The notes below the pieces were generated by a model. The model was given only the letters and a program-made list of their open reading frames with translations, searched no databases and was not told where the DNA came from. Below are positions 19,029 through 28,033 of a stretch of 64,000 bases of DNA, piece after piece. The stretch spans positions 24,449 to 88,448 of the forward strand of contig JAKOVY010000020.1 in NCBI GenBank assembly GCA_029781825.1. Reading direction: 5' to 3'. This DNA is from Bacillota bacterium. GTDB lineage: Bacteria > Bacillota > Syntrophomonadia > Syntrophomonadales > DTU052. The translations under genes and the position numbers were made by a program. Position 1 is the stretch's first letter. Every line of letters starts with the position of its first letter.

Positions 19029-20738
19029 CTACGGATTCATTTTATACGCCCCGTCAAGGACCGAAACCTGATCTTTCCAGAGTCTCATTTCCCGGGCCGG
19101 GTTGATGTCCGGTTCGGTTAACGCGATCTTCTGCAAATACTTCTTCTGCTCGGGCGAGTTTTCAAAGTTGGTCAGCTGATTCAGAGCGTAACCTGAGAAG
19201 TCACGTACCAGGCAGTAGAATATATGGTCGGTAAGGTCGTCATCGATATTGTAGATCTTGCAGTTCTCCATGATCAGTTGGGCATAGACGATCAGGGTAA
19301 ACATCTCGCCCAAAGCCAGCATGTAGTCAACCCGTTTAGACTGTTCCGGAGTTGGACTTGCGTTGCTCATCAGATCCTTGAACAGTTCGATCTGCTCTCT
19401 GAAGATGTTGACGTTGGGCAGGTTTACGCCTTCGTAGGCCAGGCGGTAGTCCGGGAACCGCACCTTGGCCAGACCGCCCGTATACTGCTTGAACACGTAC
19501 TCATCGTTGCCGGGTTCGTCTCGCTTCGGAATATACGGATACTCAACCGGGTTGAAGAAGTAATTCTGCAGGAATTTCACGACCAGGTTGATGTTCACGT
19601 GTACCGTTCCTTCCAAACGCGGTATCATTCCGATTTCCCTGACGGCTGCTTCAAAGTAGGTATCCTGCTCGAATCCCTTGGCGGTTATGGCGTCAAGCAG
19701 CATGTCTATGACCCTAACCCCTTCCCTGGTGACCTTCATCTTCTGGATGGGGTTGAACAGTAGGTAACGCCGGTCCTCGTTGGAGGCGGCACGGAAGTAG
19801 TCCAGGCTCCGCAGGGCAAAGAGCTTCATGGCGTTAAGCCGGGTGAAGGATTCAACAAAGAAGGTCCTGATGTGCGGGAAGTTCGTTACCGGCTTGCCGT
19901 AGAGAATGCGGTTGGAAGCATGGGTTATGGCTTCATAGAACGCATGAGTACATATTCCGATCGAATCAAACCCCAGCTGGAACTTTCCGATATTTACAGT
20001 ACAGAGCGATGAATCCCACGCCAGCTGTCCGCTGGAAATGATGTCTTCCTTGGTAATGGGATATTCAATCAATTCGAATTCAGCCACGAATGCATTGCGT
20101 ACTCCCGGGGTGTTGATTTTCTTGACCAGTTTATAGTTGCGGTGCTGGCTGTCCACAGCAAAGAAAACATGCTCATTGGTGTCCGCATAACGGCCATGGA
20201 CCGATACCAGAGAAGCGACATTACCGTTTCCGATGTAATACTTGCTGCCGTTGGCGCGGTAGGTTCCGTCACCCTGCGGGTAGAGCTTCATCTCGTTGGA
20301 GTAGAGGTCGGCTCCGTGTTCCTTCTCGGAAAGACCGAAGGCAAACAATCCGCCTTCCTTCAGCAGCCGGGCCAGTTTGTGTTTGAGTCCCTCATTGTCA
20401 CCCATCCAGACGGGTCCAACCCCGAGAATGCTGACCTGGTAAGCGTACTGGTACTGCTGGCCGTAGAACCCCAGGATCTCGTTGTAAAGAGAGACCCGGG
20501 AGAGGTCGAAGCGGGAGTCCGGGTCGCCGTACCCGGACGGGGTCAAGAGGGTGGCAAAGATCTCGTTTTCTTTTATGAAACGCACGAAATCATCATACCA
20601 GCGAAGGGCCTGATCATCCTCTTTTATGCTCTTTAAGCCCTTTCTCTCAAAAAACTCAATCGTCTTTAAAAAGATATCCTGGGTTTTCTTGTCAGGCCAC
20701 TGATGATCGTACTTTTTGGGATTGAGCAATAATGACAT
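19029..20738 (-). CDS. acyl-CoA dehydrogenase family protein (long, 569 aa form)
   Basis: Has an ACAD-like middle domain (GLSEKEHGADLYSNEM, YYIGNGN) and a C-terminal helical domain. RBS AGGAGG lies upstream. Confidence 0.75.
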   Translation of the reverse strand: MSLLLNPKKYDHQWPDKKTQDIFLKTIEFFERKGLKSIKEDDQALRWYDDFVRFIKENEIFATLLTPSGYGDPDSRFDLSRVSLYNEILGFYGQQYQYAYQVSILGVGPVWMGDNEGLKHKLARLLKEGGLFAFGLSEKEHGADLYSNEMKLYPQGDGTYRANGSKYYIGNGNVASLVSVHGRYADTNEHVFFAVDSQHRNYKLVKKINTPGVRNAFVAEFELIEYPITKEDIISSGQLAWDSSLCTVNIGKFQLGFDSIGICTHAFYEAITHASNRILYGKPVTNFPHIRTFFVESFTRLNAMKLFALRSLDYFRAASNEDRRYLLFNPIQKMKVTREGVRVIDMLLDAITAKGFEQDTYFEAAVREIGMIPRLEGTVHVNINLVVKFLQNYFFNPVEYPYIPKRDEPGNDEYVFKQYTGGLAKVRFPDYRLAYEGVNLPNVNIFREQIELFKDLMSNASPTPEQSKRVDYMLALGEMFTLIVYAQLIMENCKIYNIDDDLTDHIFYCLVRDFSGYALNQLTNFENSPEQKKYLQKIALTEPDINPAREMRLWKDQVSVLDGAYKMNP

Positions 20739-21100
20739 GGTTTACCTCCTAACTGTATTTTCTGATTACGGATGTTTTTTTCTTAAACTTATTCTACCAT
20801 GTTTAAACAAACACCTGCTTTATTGCCTTGGGCACAACAGGTTTCTCCAATGAGATCTGCGGCAGGAGCAACCCAGGTTGAAAAGTACTTTCCACACTCA
20901 ATACGAATATCCCTTGTTGTAATTTCAACCTCCGTCTTTCTCTTCCTTATGCCCCGCTATGCCAAGGTCCCATAACACTGATGACGTTGGCGGGCAAGCA
21001 TGTGAAGGACTCGGATTCCGCCGCCTGCCCTGGGGTGGGCAGGATTATTCTGAAAGTAATAGAAGTATCTCTCAAAGACAACCCACTATTTGGAGGCAAC

Positions 21101-21799
21101 ATGGACAAACACATCATTATTGACAACAGATTCTGCGGGCCGCCCACGTCCGGCAATGGCGGTTATACCTGCGGAATGCTGGCCAATTTCGTTGGATATC
21201 CCGCTGAAGTAAAATTGCTGGCTCCTCCCCCGCTGGGGGTACCCTTGATGGTAAAACAGGAAGACAACCATTTCATATTGTTGCACGGTGAAGAGGTGGT
21301 AGCAAGAGCCTCGGCCGCGTCAGTTGACCTGGAGGTACCTCATCCCCCCACCCTGGACGAGGCCGGGCGCACGGTCCCGGAACCGGAAATCTTTGTCAGG
21401 CATGCCTTCCCCACTTGTTTTGTCTGCGGTCCTCAACGGAATGCAGGTGACGGGCTCAGGATTTTTGCCGGTCCGGTGCCCGGCCGCAACTGCGTAGCGG
21501 CACCCTGGATTCCCGATTCATCTGTAGCCGACAGTGAGGGGATGGTTCGCAGCGAAATAATATGCGCCGCCCTGGATTGTCCGGGAGCCTGGGCTGTTTT
21601 CGCCGATGAACTGCGGATAATCGTCCTGGGAACACTTGCGGTTGACATCATCCGGAGGATGAGAGCCGGCGACCCCTGTATTGTAGTCGGATGGAAGATC
21701 GGTGAAGAGGGACGCAAGTTATATGCCGGCACCGCCATTTTCTCCGCGACCGGTGAGCTGTACGCCAAAGCCCGCGCCACCTGGATCGAGTTGAAGTAG
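21101..21799 (+). CDS. hotdog-fold thioesterase-like protein
   Basis: Start re-set to ATG 21101, after GGAGG. Contains the motif FPTCFVCGPQRNAGDGLRI, seen in hotdog-family proteins (recalled from memory). Confidence 0.5.
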   Translation: MDKHIIIDNRFCGPPTSGNGGYTCGMLANFVGYPAEVKLLAPPPLGVPLMVKQEDNHFILLHGEEVVARASAASVDLEVPHPPTLDEAGRTVPEPEIFVRHAFPTCFVCGPQRNAGDGLRIFAGPVPGRNCVAAPWIPDSSVADSEGMVRSEIICAALDCPGAWAVFADELRIIVLGTLAVDIIRRMRAGDPCIVVGWKIGEEGRKLYAGTAIFSATGELYAKARATWIELK

Positions 21800-21986
21800 G
21801 TCTTAATGAAATCCAAGAAAGCAAGGTTCCGAGCGTAAACCGTTTTACCCTTTCACATTTTGCGCCCGGACATAGCCGTCGCGGATTATCTGGATTCATA
21901 ATGTTGCTATAATATTATGGTTGCAGTAAAATTCACATTAACAAGTCACCTTGACTCAAAAATAAGAGGGAAAGAGGTGTTTTCGA

Positions 21987-22568
21987 ATGGAACATAAATT
22001 ACCCCCATTGCCCTATTCAAGAGAAGCTCTCAGTCCGGTAATCTCTCCCGAAACCATCGACTACCACTACGGAAAGCATCACCAGGCCTATGTCAACAAC
22101 CTCAACAAGCTGATCGCGGGGACCAGCTATGAGGATATGACCCTGGAAGAGATCATAAAACAGTCATCGGGAGGCATATTTAACAATGCCGCTCAGGTCT
22201 GGAACCACACCTTTTATTGGAACTGCATGAGTCCCAACGGAGGCGGGGGTCCGACCGGGAAGCTGGCCGAAGCCATAAATGAGCATTTCGGCTCTGTTGA
22301 TGCCTTTAAGGAAAAGTTCATAGCGACTGCGGTTGCGACTTTTGGCTCCGGCTGGGCCTGGCTGGTCAAAGATGGCGACGGCAAGCTGGAAATTGTAAGT
22401 ACCAGCAACGCAGGCAACCCGATAACCGAAGGAAAGACACCACTGCTCACCTGCGATGTTTGGGAACATGCCTACTATATCGACTATCGCAACGCGAGAC
22501 AAACTTATGTAGAAAAATTCTGGGATATCATCAACTGGGATTTTGTCCAGGCCAACTTCGAAAAGTAA
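21987..22568 (+). CDS. Fe/Mn-family superoxide dismutase
   Basis: 193 aa starting [32 protein letters not shown], with the metal-ligand motif [11 protein letters not shown]. Confidence 0.9.
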   Translation: MEHKLPPLPYSREALSPVISPETIDYHYGKHHQAYVNNLNKLIAGTSYEDMTLEEIIKQSSGGIFNNAAQVWNHTFYWNCMSPNGGGGPTGKLAEAINEHFGSVDAFKEKFIATAVATFGSGWAWLVKDGDGKLEIVSTSNAGNPITEGKTPLLTCDVWEHAYYIDYRNARQTYVEKFWDIINWDFVQANFEK

Positions 22569-22584
22569 CACCGAGTATGACCCG

Positions 22585-22607
22585 GATCAGCCCCGGCTGA
22601 TTTTTTC
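22585..22607 (+). terminator. rho-independent terminator after sod
   Basis: Hairpin GATCAGCC-CC-GGCTGAT followed by TTTTTT. Confidence 0.6.
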
Positions 22608-22677
22608 AGGATAACACCCGGTCTATCGACCTTTAACTTGAAAGCATAATAGCCGAAAAAAACTTGGGGAGGTATTA

Positions 22678-23271
22678 ATGATGAACTTAAAGGGTACCAA
22701 AACTGCAATCAATCTGATGAAAGCCTTTGCCGGCGAATCACAGGCACGCATGCGTTACACCTACTATGCCTCAATAGCCGATAAGGAAGGCTACAAACAG
22801 ATTAAGAACATCTTCATTGAAACCGCCGACAACGAAAAGGAACACGCCAAGCGCTTCTGGAAGTTCCTGCTCGAAGGTTTGGGCGATGAACTGCCGACTG
22901 AACTTGAAATTACCGGTTGTTACCCGATTGCTCAGGGAACAACGCTCGATAACCTGAAAGCTGCGGCCAAGGGCGAGTATGAGGAGTGGAACGACCTCTA
23001 TCCGGAATTCGCGAAGGTTGCGGAGGAAGAGGGATTCCCGCAGATCGCCGCCGCCTTCAAGATGATTGCCCTGGCGGAAAAACGCCATGATATTAGGTAT
23101 CAGAAGCTGGCTGCCAATATCGAAAAAGGCCAGGTATTCAAAAAGGATACCCCTGTTGCCTGGAAATGCGGCAACTGCGGTTATGTCCACGAAGGTCCGC
23201 AGGCCCCTGAAGTCTGCCCGGCCTGTGTACATCCCCAGGCTTACTTTGAGTTGTTTGTTGAAACTTACTAG
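22678..23271 (+). CDS. rbr: rubrerythrin
   Basis: 197 aa with a ferritin-like diiron domain (ESQARMRYTYYA, EKEHAKRF) and a C-terminal rubredoxin (CGNCGY...CPAC). Confidence 0.9.
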   Translation: MMNLKGTKTAINLMKAFAGESQARMRYTYYASIADKEGYKQIKNIFIETADNEKEHAKRFWKFLLEGLGDELPTELEITGCYPIAQGTTLDNLKAAAKGEYEEWNDLYPEFAKVAEEEGFPQIAAAFKMIALAEKRHDIRYQKLAANIEKGQVFKKDTPVAWKCGNCGYVHEGPQAPEVCPACVHPQAYFELFVETY

Positions 23272-23551
23272 GGCTTAATTATCAACGAGCTGTTAACAAG
23301 CAGCGGTCAGAGCAGATGAACGGTCCCGGCCTGGGAATGCATAAACCGCATTTCCCCCGGGGCCGCTTCAGATTGAAAATCATGGGTCTATTTACGATCC
23401 ATTTTTTCCGCTCATGTAACCGCTGGCCGTCCTCAAAACAGCGTTTCCAGCGTCTTCGAATTTGTGAGTGCCTCTGCCAACTGCGAGTATCGGGAGAGGC
23501 AGTCTTATTCAAAATCAGTATAGCGTGCTCCGGCACCTGAAAGGATAAGGA

Positions 23552-24295
23552 ATGAGAGCCAGCCGTAATACCAAATGGTTTATACAATTAGGATTGGCAT
23601 TCTTCTTAGTATCCGTTGCCGTCTATTCCCTGTTTTATCTCATTTTTCACGATGCCGATTTTATTTATCACCATTTCCTGATCGATCTGGCCTTCCTGCC
23701 CATAGATGTATTCCTGGTGGCAACTGTCTTTGAAAGGCTGATACACCGCCGGGAAGAAGCAGCCCGAACAGAAAGGATGCAGCTCATCATCGGGTCCTTT
23801 TTTCATGAAGTGGGAACAGACCTGGTAAAGTCCCTGGCTGCAAATTATACCCCTGCGGTAAGGCCGGAACACAGGATGAGTGACAACTGGACCAAAGCGG
23901 ACTTTGATCGTCTGCGGAATACCCTTCAGGAAATCGTCCCTCGTCTTGAGATGAGCAGAGACGATCTCATTGAGCTCCGGGACTTTTTAATCACCAAACG
24001 CGAATACCTTCTGAGCCTGATGGGAAATGACAATCTGATGGAAAGCGAGCGCTTTTCCCAGCTGCTCCTGGCAATTTTTCATCTCTTTGAGGAACTTGAT
24101 TTGCGCGAGGATTTACAAAACCTGCCGCCCAAGGATCTCGAACACCTGAGCCAGGACATCAGGAGAGTATACCTGTTTCTGAACGAGCAGTGGATCGATT
24201 ACCTGTTACACCTAAAACAGAATTACCCTTACCTCTTTTCCCTGGCAGTGCGGACCAATCCTTTCGATCCCGAAGCCCGGGTTGAGGTTGACTGA
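23552..24295 (+). CDS. hypothetical membrane protein (two N-terminal TM segments)
   Basis: 247-aa ORF with RBS AAAGGATAAGGA. No family recognised. Confidence 0.45.
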   Translation: MRASRNTKWFIQLGLAFFLVSVAVYSLFYLIFHDADFIYHHFLIDLAFLPIDVFLVATVFERLIHRREEAARTERMQLIIGSFFHEVGTDLVKSLAANYTPAVRPEHRMSDNWTKADFDRLRNTLQEIVPRLEMSRDDLIELRDFLITKREYLLSLMGNDNLMESERFSQLLLAIFHLFEELDLREDLQNLPPKDLEHLSQDIRRVYLFLNEQWIDYLLHLKQNYPYLFSLAVRTNPFDPEARVEVD

Positions 24296-24306
24296 GGAAT
24301 ACATGC

Positions 24307-24336
24307 AAGCCGGGCGTTCAAGCCCGGCTTTTTATC
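24307..24336 (+). terminator. rho-independent terminator
   Basis: AAGCCGGGC-gttcaa-GCCCGGCTT followed by TTTTAT, 12 nt after the stop at 24295. Confidence 0.7.
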
Positions 24337-24394
24337 GGCAGATGCGGTTACTGCCGTCACCGATTCGATTCATCCTTTGCAATAGGCTCCCCTC

Positions 24395-25744
24395 TCATTC
24401 AATCCGGTTGCTGCGCCGCCAGATTTTCATTTTTTGTGCCTGTCTGATAAGGTCTTCCCGAAAATCGGGATGAGCCAGATTGATCAGGCTTTCCGCCCGC
24501 GCCCAGGTCGGGAGCCCTTTAAGCCGCGCCATACCGTACTCGGTAACAATATAGTCGACCGACGCACGAGGGGTGGTCACCGCACTTCCGGCAGCCAGCA
24601 TGGGAACAATGCGCGACTGCATATTCCCTGCTTTGTCGGTATAGGTGCTGTTAAGACACAGGAAGCTCTTGCCGCCCGGGGATAGCCTTGCTCCCTGAAC
24701 AAATTCCAACTGCCCGCCCGGACCCGAGATGTGGCGGGGGCCCGAGCTTTCTGCGTTCACCTGCCCCAAAAGGTCTACTGACAGGGCGTTGTTAATGGAG
24801 ATCACCCGCTCATTGCGAGCAATGATGTAGGGGTCGTTGGTGTAACGGCATGGATAGGTGGCGATCAAGGGATTCTCCCGCAAAAATTCATAGGTATCCC
24901 TGGTTCCGATGGCAAAGGACAAGACCATCTTGCAGCGGTCAATAGTCTTATAACGGCCGGTAGCGATACCGGCTTCAAACATGGTCTTCATGGAATCGGT
25001 GAACATCTCGGTATGAATTCCAAGATCACGAAGTCCGGCTTTACAGATCAGCTCTCCCAGCAGGTTTGGCAAAGCTCCGATTCCCAACTGCAGGCAGGCC
25101 CGGTCAGGGATCTCCGGCAGCAGCAATTCGGCTATCTTCTGGTCCTCAACGGTCGGGGTCTTGGCGGGAGGCAATTCAAAGATTGGAGAATTGCTGCCTT
25201 CGATAATATGGTCCACCATGGAGATGTGAATGCTGTCTTCAGCTCCGCCGAAAAGACGGGGCATATTTTGGTTTACCTCCAGGATCACTTTCTGCGCTTT
25301 CAGACAGGCCTCCAGGCTGTAGACATTGGTCAATCCAAAAGAAAAAAACCCATGCTCGTCCATGGGACTTACCTGCTGTACATGAATATCGACTTTAAAC
25401 TCGGGGCGGGCGATCACCTCCTGTATCTCTCCCATGGTTGCAGGGTCAAAGTAGACCAAACCCTTGTCGGCCAGCACCCGATCGGCGGCTCCGAAGAACC
25501 ATATGTTGCCGACAAAGTGTTCCTGACCGGGATCGGACATAACGCTCTCGGTCGGGGTCATCCCCCCTGCCCAGTAGATGTTGACATTACGCAGTTCATC
25601 CCGGCGACGGGCGAGAGCCCGGTCGAAGTCTACCGGTCGGGACAGAAAAGGGCCGTAAACGATGTTGTCCCCGGACTTCACCATCGAAGCGGCTTCGAAA
25701 TCGGACACAAGTTTTTTCCGGTATTCATCAAGATAAGTTCTCAT
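24395..25744 (-). CDS. acetyl-CoA hydrolase/transferase family protein (butyryl- or 4-hydroxybutyryl-CoA:acetate CoA-transferase-like)
   Basis: 449 aa with family-typical length and blocks (GIGALPN, LGIHTEMF, SINNALSVDLLGQVNAES, ASVDYIVTEYG). Confidence 0.8.
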   Translation of the reverse strand: MRTYLDEYRKKLVSDFEAASMVKSGDNIVYGPFLSRPVDFDRALARRRDELRNVNIYWAGGMTPTESVMSDPGQEHFVGNIWFFGAADRVLADKGLVYFDPATMGEIQEVIARPEFKVDIHVQQVSPMDEHGFFSFGLTNVYSLEACLKAQKVILEVNQNMPRLFGGAEDSIHISMVDHIIEGSNSPIFELPPAKTPTVEDQKIAELLLPEIPDRACLQLGIGALPNLLGELICKAGLRDLGIHTEMFTDSMKTMFEAGIATGRYKTIDRCKMVLSFAIGTRDTYEFLRENPLIATYPCRYTNDPYIIARNERVISINNALSVDLLGQVNAESSGPRHISGPGGQLEFVQGARLSPGGKSFLCLNSTYTDKAGNMQSRIVPMLAAGSAVTTPRASVDYIVTEYGMARLKGLPTWARAESLINLAHPDFREDLIRQAQKMKIWRRSNRIE

Positions 25745-25981
25745 CCATTACTACCCCCTGTGCCGCAAATATTATCGATATTTGTCGTATCTTGATGTAA
25801 TAATAATTGATGGTTTGTGGTTTGTCCAGGGAAGCTTTCTTTAGGACTCAAGCGAGGTAGCGGAATGAAATCACTCTGGTAAAAAAGGAGATTGAAAGTC
25901 ATAAGGGAACGGCTCTTGGCGAAGGGCGGGATCGCTCTTGACCGGCTAACTCAGTCAATCTTATTCAGTCATAGTATCCGC

Positions 25982-27028
25982 TTATCTTCTGGCCCACTTC
26001 GACACCTCGATACCCCTCGCTGCCAGCCAGTGAGCGGTTGGGCCGCTGATAACCAGGGGCTTACGCCGCAACTCGGCGACGGTTTTGGAACCGGTCATCA
26101 GCATGGACGCTCTAAGGTGATAACTTAAACGATTTATTTCCTCTTCCAAACCTTTTCTTCCCTGATCGCTCCAGACCCGGAGAAAACGGCCGGCAATTCC
26201 TATTATATCGGCACCAAGTGCCAGGGCTTTTGCAGCCTCCAGCCCGCTCCGTATACCCCCGGAAGCAACCACCACGATTGGCAGGTCCAGCGAGACGATT
26301 TCGGCAATACTGGCTGCAGTCGGTATCCCCCAGGAGGCGAACTCGTCCGCCAACACACCGGATCGGGCCTGTTCGATGGCGATAAAGTTCGTACCCCCGC
26401 GCCCGCCCATATCAAGGATGTGCACACCAATGTCAAACAGCTGCTTTGCCGTTTCCCGGCTCATACCGAATCCAACCTCTTTGGCGATTACCGGCACTGG
26501 TGAAAGATGAACAATCTCGGCAATGTTATCCATGAGCCCCTTGAACTTACGGTCCCCTTCCCTCATGGCCAGTTCCTGTGGGACGTTCAGATGCAGTTGC
26601 AGGCCGTCGGCCTCAATCATCTCGGTGGCTCGGAGTGCCATCCGTGGATTGGTATTGGCGGCAACGTTGGCGAGAATCAGCCCGTTACGGTTCACTTTCC
26701 TGACCACCTTGAAGCTCTCGGCCAGCTGCTTGTTTTCCAGGGCGATGGTCTGGGAACCCACGGCGATGCCGATATTAAATCGTGCTCCCAGCTCCGAAAT
26801 ATCCCGGTTAAGGGCCAGCGCTTCATCAATCCCGCCGGTCATGGCATTGATGATCAGGGGAAGGGACAGCCCCCGACCTAAAAACTCAACCTCGGTGTCA
26901 ATCTCTTCAAGATCAAGTTCGGGAACAGAGTTATGGACCAGAGAAACGTCCTCCAGTCCATTGGTATACGGGTGTTCATCCAGCTTCCGGGCAATATTCA
27001 GATGTTCGAGCTTGCGGCGAGACCTTAT
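25982..27028 (-). CDS. fni: type 2 isopentenyl-diphosphate delta-isomerase (FMN-dependent); start codon unresolved
   Basis: The ORF track starts at M 26842 (MTGG...). The same frame upstream reads IRSRRKLEHLNIARKLDEHPYTNGLEDVSLVHNSVPELDLEEIDTEVEFLGRGLSLPLIINAMTGG, the conserved IDI-2 N-terminus. About 348 aa if it starts near 27028. There is no ATG, GTG or TTG in that stretch. Confidence 0.8.
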   Translation of the reverse strand: MRSRRKLEHLNIARKLDEHPYTNGLEDVSLVHNSVPELDLEEIDTEVEFLGRGLSLPLIINAMTGGIDEALALNRDISELGARFNIGIAVGSQTIALENKQLAESFKVVRKVNRNGLILANVAANTNPRMALRATEMIEADGLQLHLNVPQELAMREGDRKFKGLMDNIAEIVHLSPVPVIAKEVGFGMSRETAKQLFDIGVHILDMGGRGGTNFIAIEQARSGVLADEFASWGIPTAASIAEIVSLDLPIVVVASGGIRSGLEAAKALALGADIIGIAGRFLRVWSDQGRKGLEEEINRLSYHLRASMLMTGSKTVAELRRKPLVISGPTAHWLAARGIEVSKWARR

Positions 27029-27660
27029 AAGATCACCTTCTTGACCAAACCTTCAGCATGCTTGAGATCTTCGCGGTTGTTGATATTATGAAACATTACT
27101 TCCGGATCACCAAACCTGCGGATCTCTTTCTCGTCAAGGTATAAAATGTCAAGGAATTTGTAAATGTCGCTCATTTTAAGCCGGTCGAGCAGCAGCGACT
27201 CTTCAATTATCGGCAAGCAGCGTCTGGTATATACAGCAAACAACGGTTGGAAGTGTTCCCCAATGCGGGGAACCACACCATCGTGGTCTCCGACCATATC
27301 AATCATATGGACGGCCAAATCCATATTCAAAAACGGCATATCACATGCTACCGCCAGGGTTATATCATAAGCAGCGCAGTATAAACCGGCATGAATTCCG
27401 GAAAGCGGTCCTTTACCGGGAATGAGATCGCTTATTATACGGACTGATTCATTGGCGTAATAATAGTAGTTTTCCGGGTCATTGGTGACTAATATCACCT
27501 CATCAAAGACCTGCGATACCTTGCCCAGAACATTATCGATCAGTTTCAGTCCGCTGACCTCTGCAAATGCCTTATTGATTTTCATACGGGAACTGCGCCC
27601 GCCGGCCAGTACAATGCCTGAGGCTTTTATTTTCCTGCTCTTACGCATAAAATCTACCAA
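27025..27660 (-). CDS. MobA-like nucleotidyltransferase (molybdenum cofactor guanylyltransferase family)
   Basis: 211 aa with GIVLAGGRSSRM and a DMPF-type motif (ACDMPFL). Start is TTG 27660 or ATG 27648. Confidence 0.7.
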   Translation of the reverse strand: MVDFMRKSRKIKASGIVLAGGRSSRMKINKAFAEVSGLKLIDNVLGKVSQVFDEVILVTNDPENYYYYANESVRIISDLIPGKGPLSGIHAGLYCAAYDITLAVACDMPFLNMDLAVHMIDMVGDHDGVVPRIGEHFQPLFAVYTRRCLPIIEESLLLDRLKMSDIYKFLDILYLDEKEIRRFGDPEVMFHNINNREDLKHAEGLVKKVIL

Positions 27661-27730
27661 CTCTTTCCCAAATAGAGAGTAACCCCGGCAACGACAATAT
27701 TCTTTGTCGCGTAAGCTTCAAGCTCATTAT

Positions 27731-27757
27731 ATAAAAAAAGCTGCCAGACTGGCAGCT
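27731..27757 (-). terminator. rho-independent terminator after the zinc-ribbon gene
   Basis: The minus strand reads AGCTGCCAGTCTGGCAGCT followed by TTTTTTTA. Confidence 0.75.
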
Positions 27758-27767
27758 CTTATAGGCC

Positions 27768-27986
27768 TCATCCCATCCCGGCGTTGCTGCAGCCATCACA
27801 ATTCGGACCTGGAAATGCGCGGCTGCTGGGAGCGGTTTTGCTCCCGGGCGAAAAGAAGGGAGACAACAACTGAATTACCTTGGGATGTCCGCACTTCTCG
27901 CATTTAACCTTGGACTTTTCTTCATTGGATACCCGCAAGGTAAACTTGTGTCCACACTTCTCACATTTAAAATCGAAGAACGGCAT
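27768..27986 (-). CDS. FmdB-family (CxxC_CxxC_SSSS) zinc-ribbon protein
   Basis: Start re-set to ATG 27986, after GAAGGAGGG. Starts MPFFDFKCEKCGHKFTL....CEKCGH. Confidence 0.75.
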   Translation of the reverse strand: MPFFDFKCEKCGHKFTLRVSNEEKSKVKCEKCGHPKVIQLLSPFFSPGSKTAPSSRAFPGPNCDGCSNAGMG

Positions 27987-28033
27987 TTTATTACCCTCCT
28001 TCTTCAAGCTGTGGAACAGCAACCTTGGAGATG

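Noticed and set aside
21907-21920. A PerR/Fur-like box CTATAATATTATGG upstream of sod, with rubrerythrin downstream.
   Set aside because: The palindrome ATAATATTAT is 7-0-7 rather than the 7-1-7 spacing required for Fur-family boxes. It also coincides with a plain TATAAT -10 element, so it is indistinguishable from an AT-rich promoter by eye.
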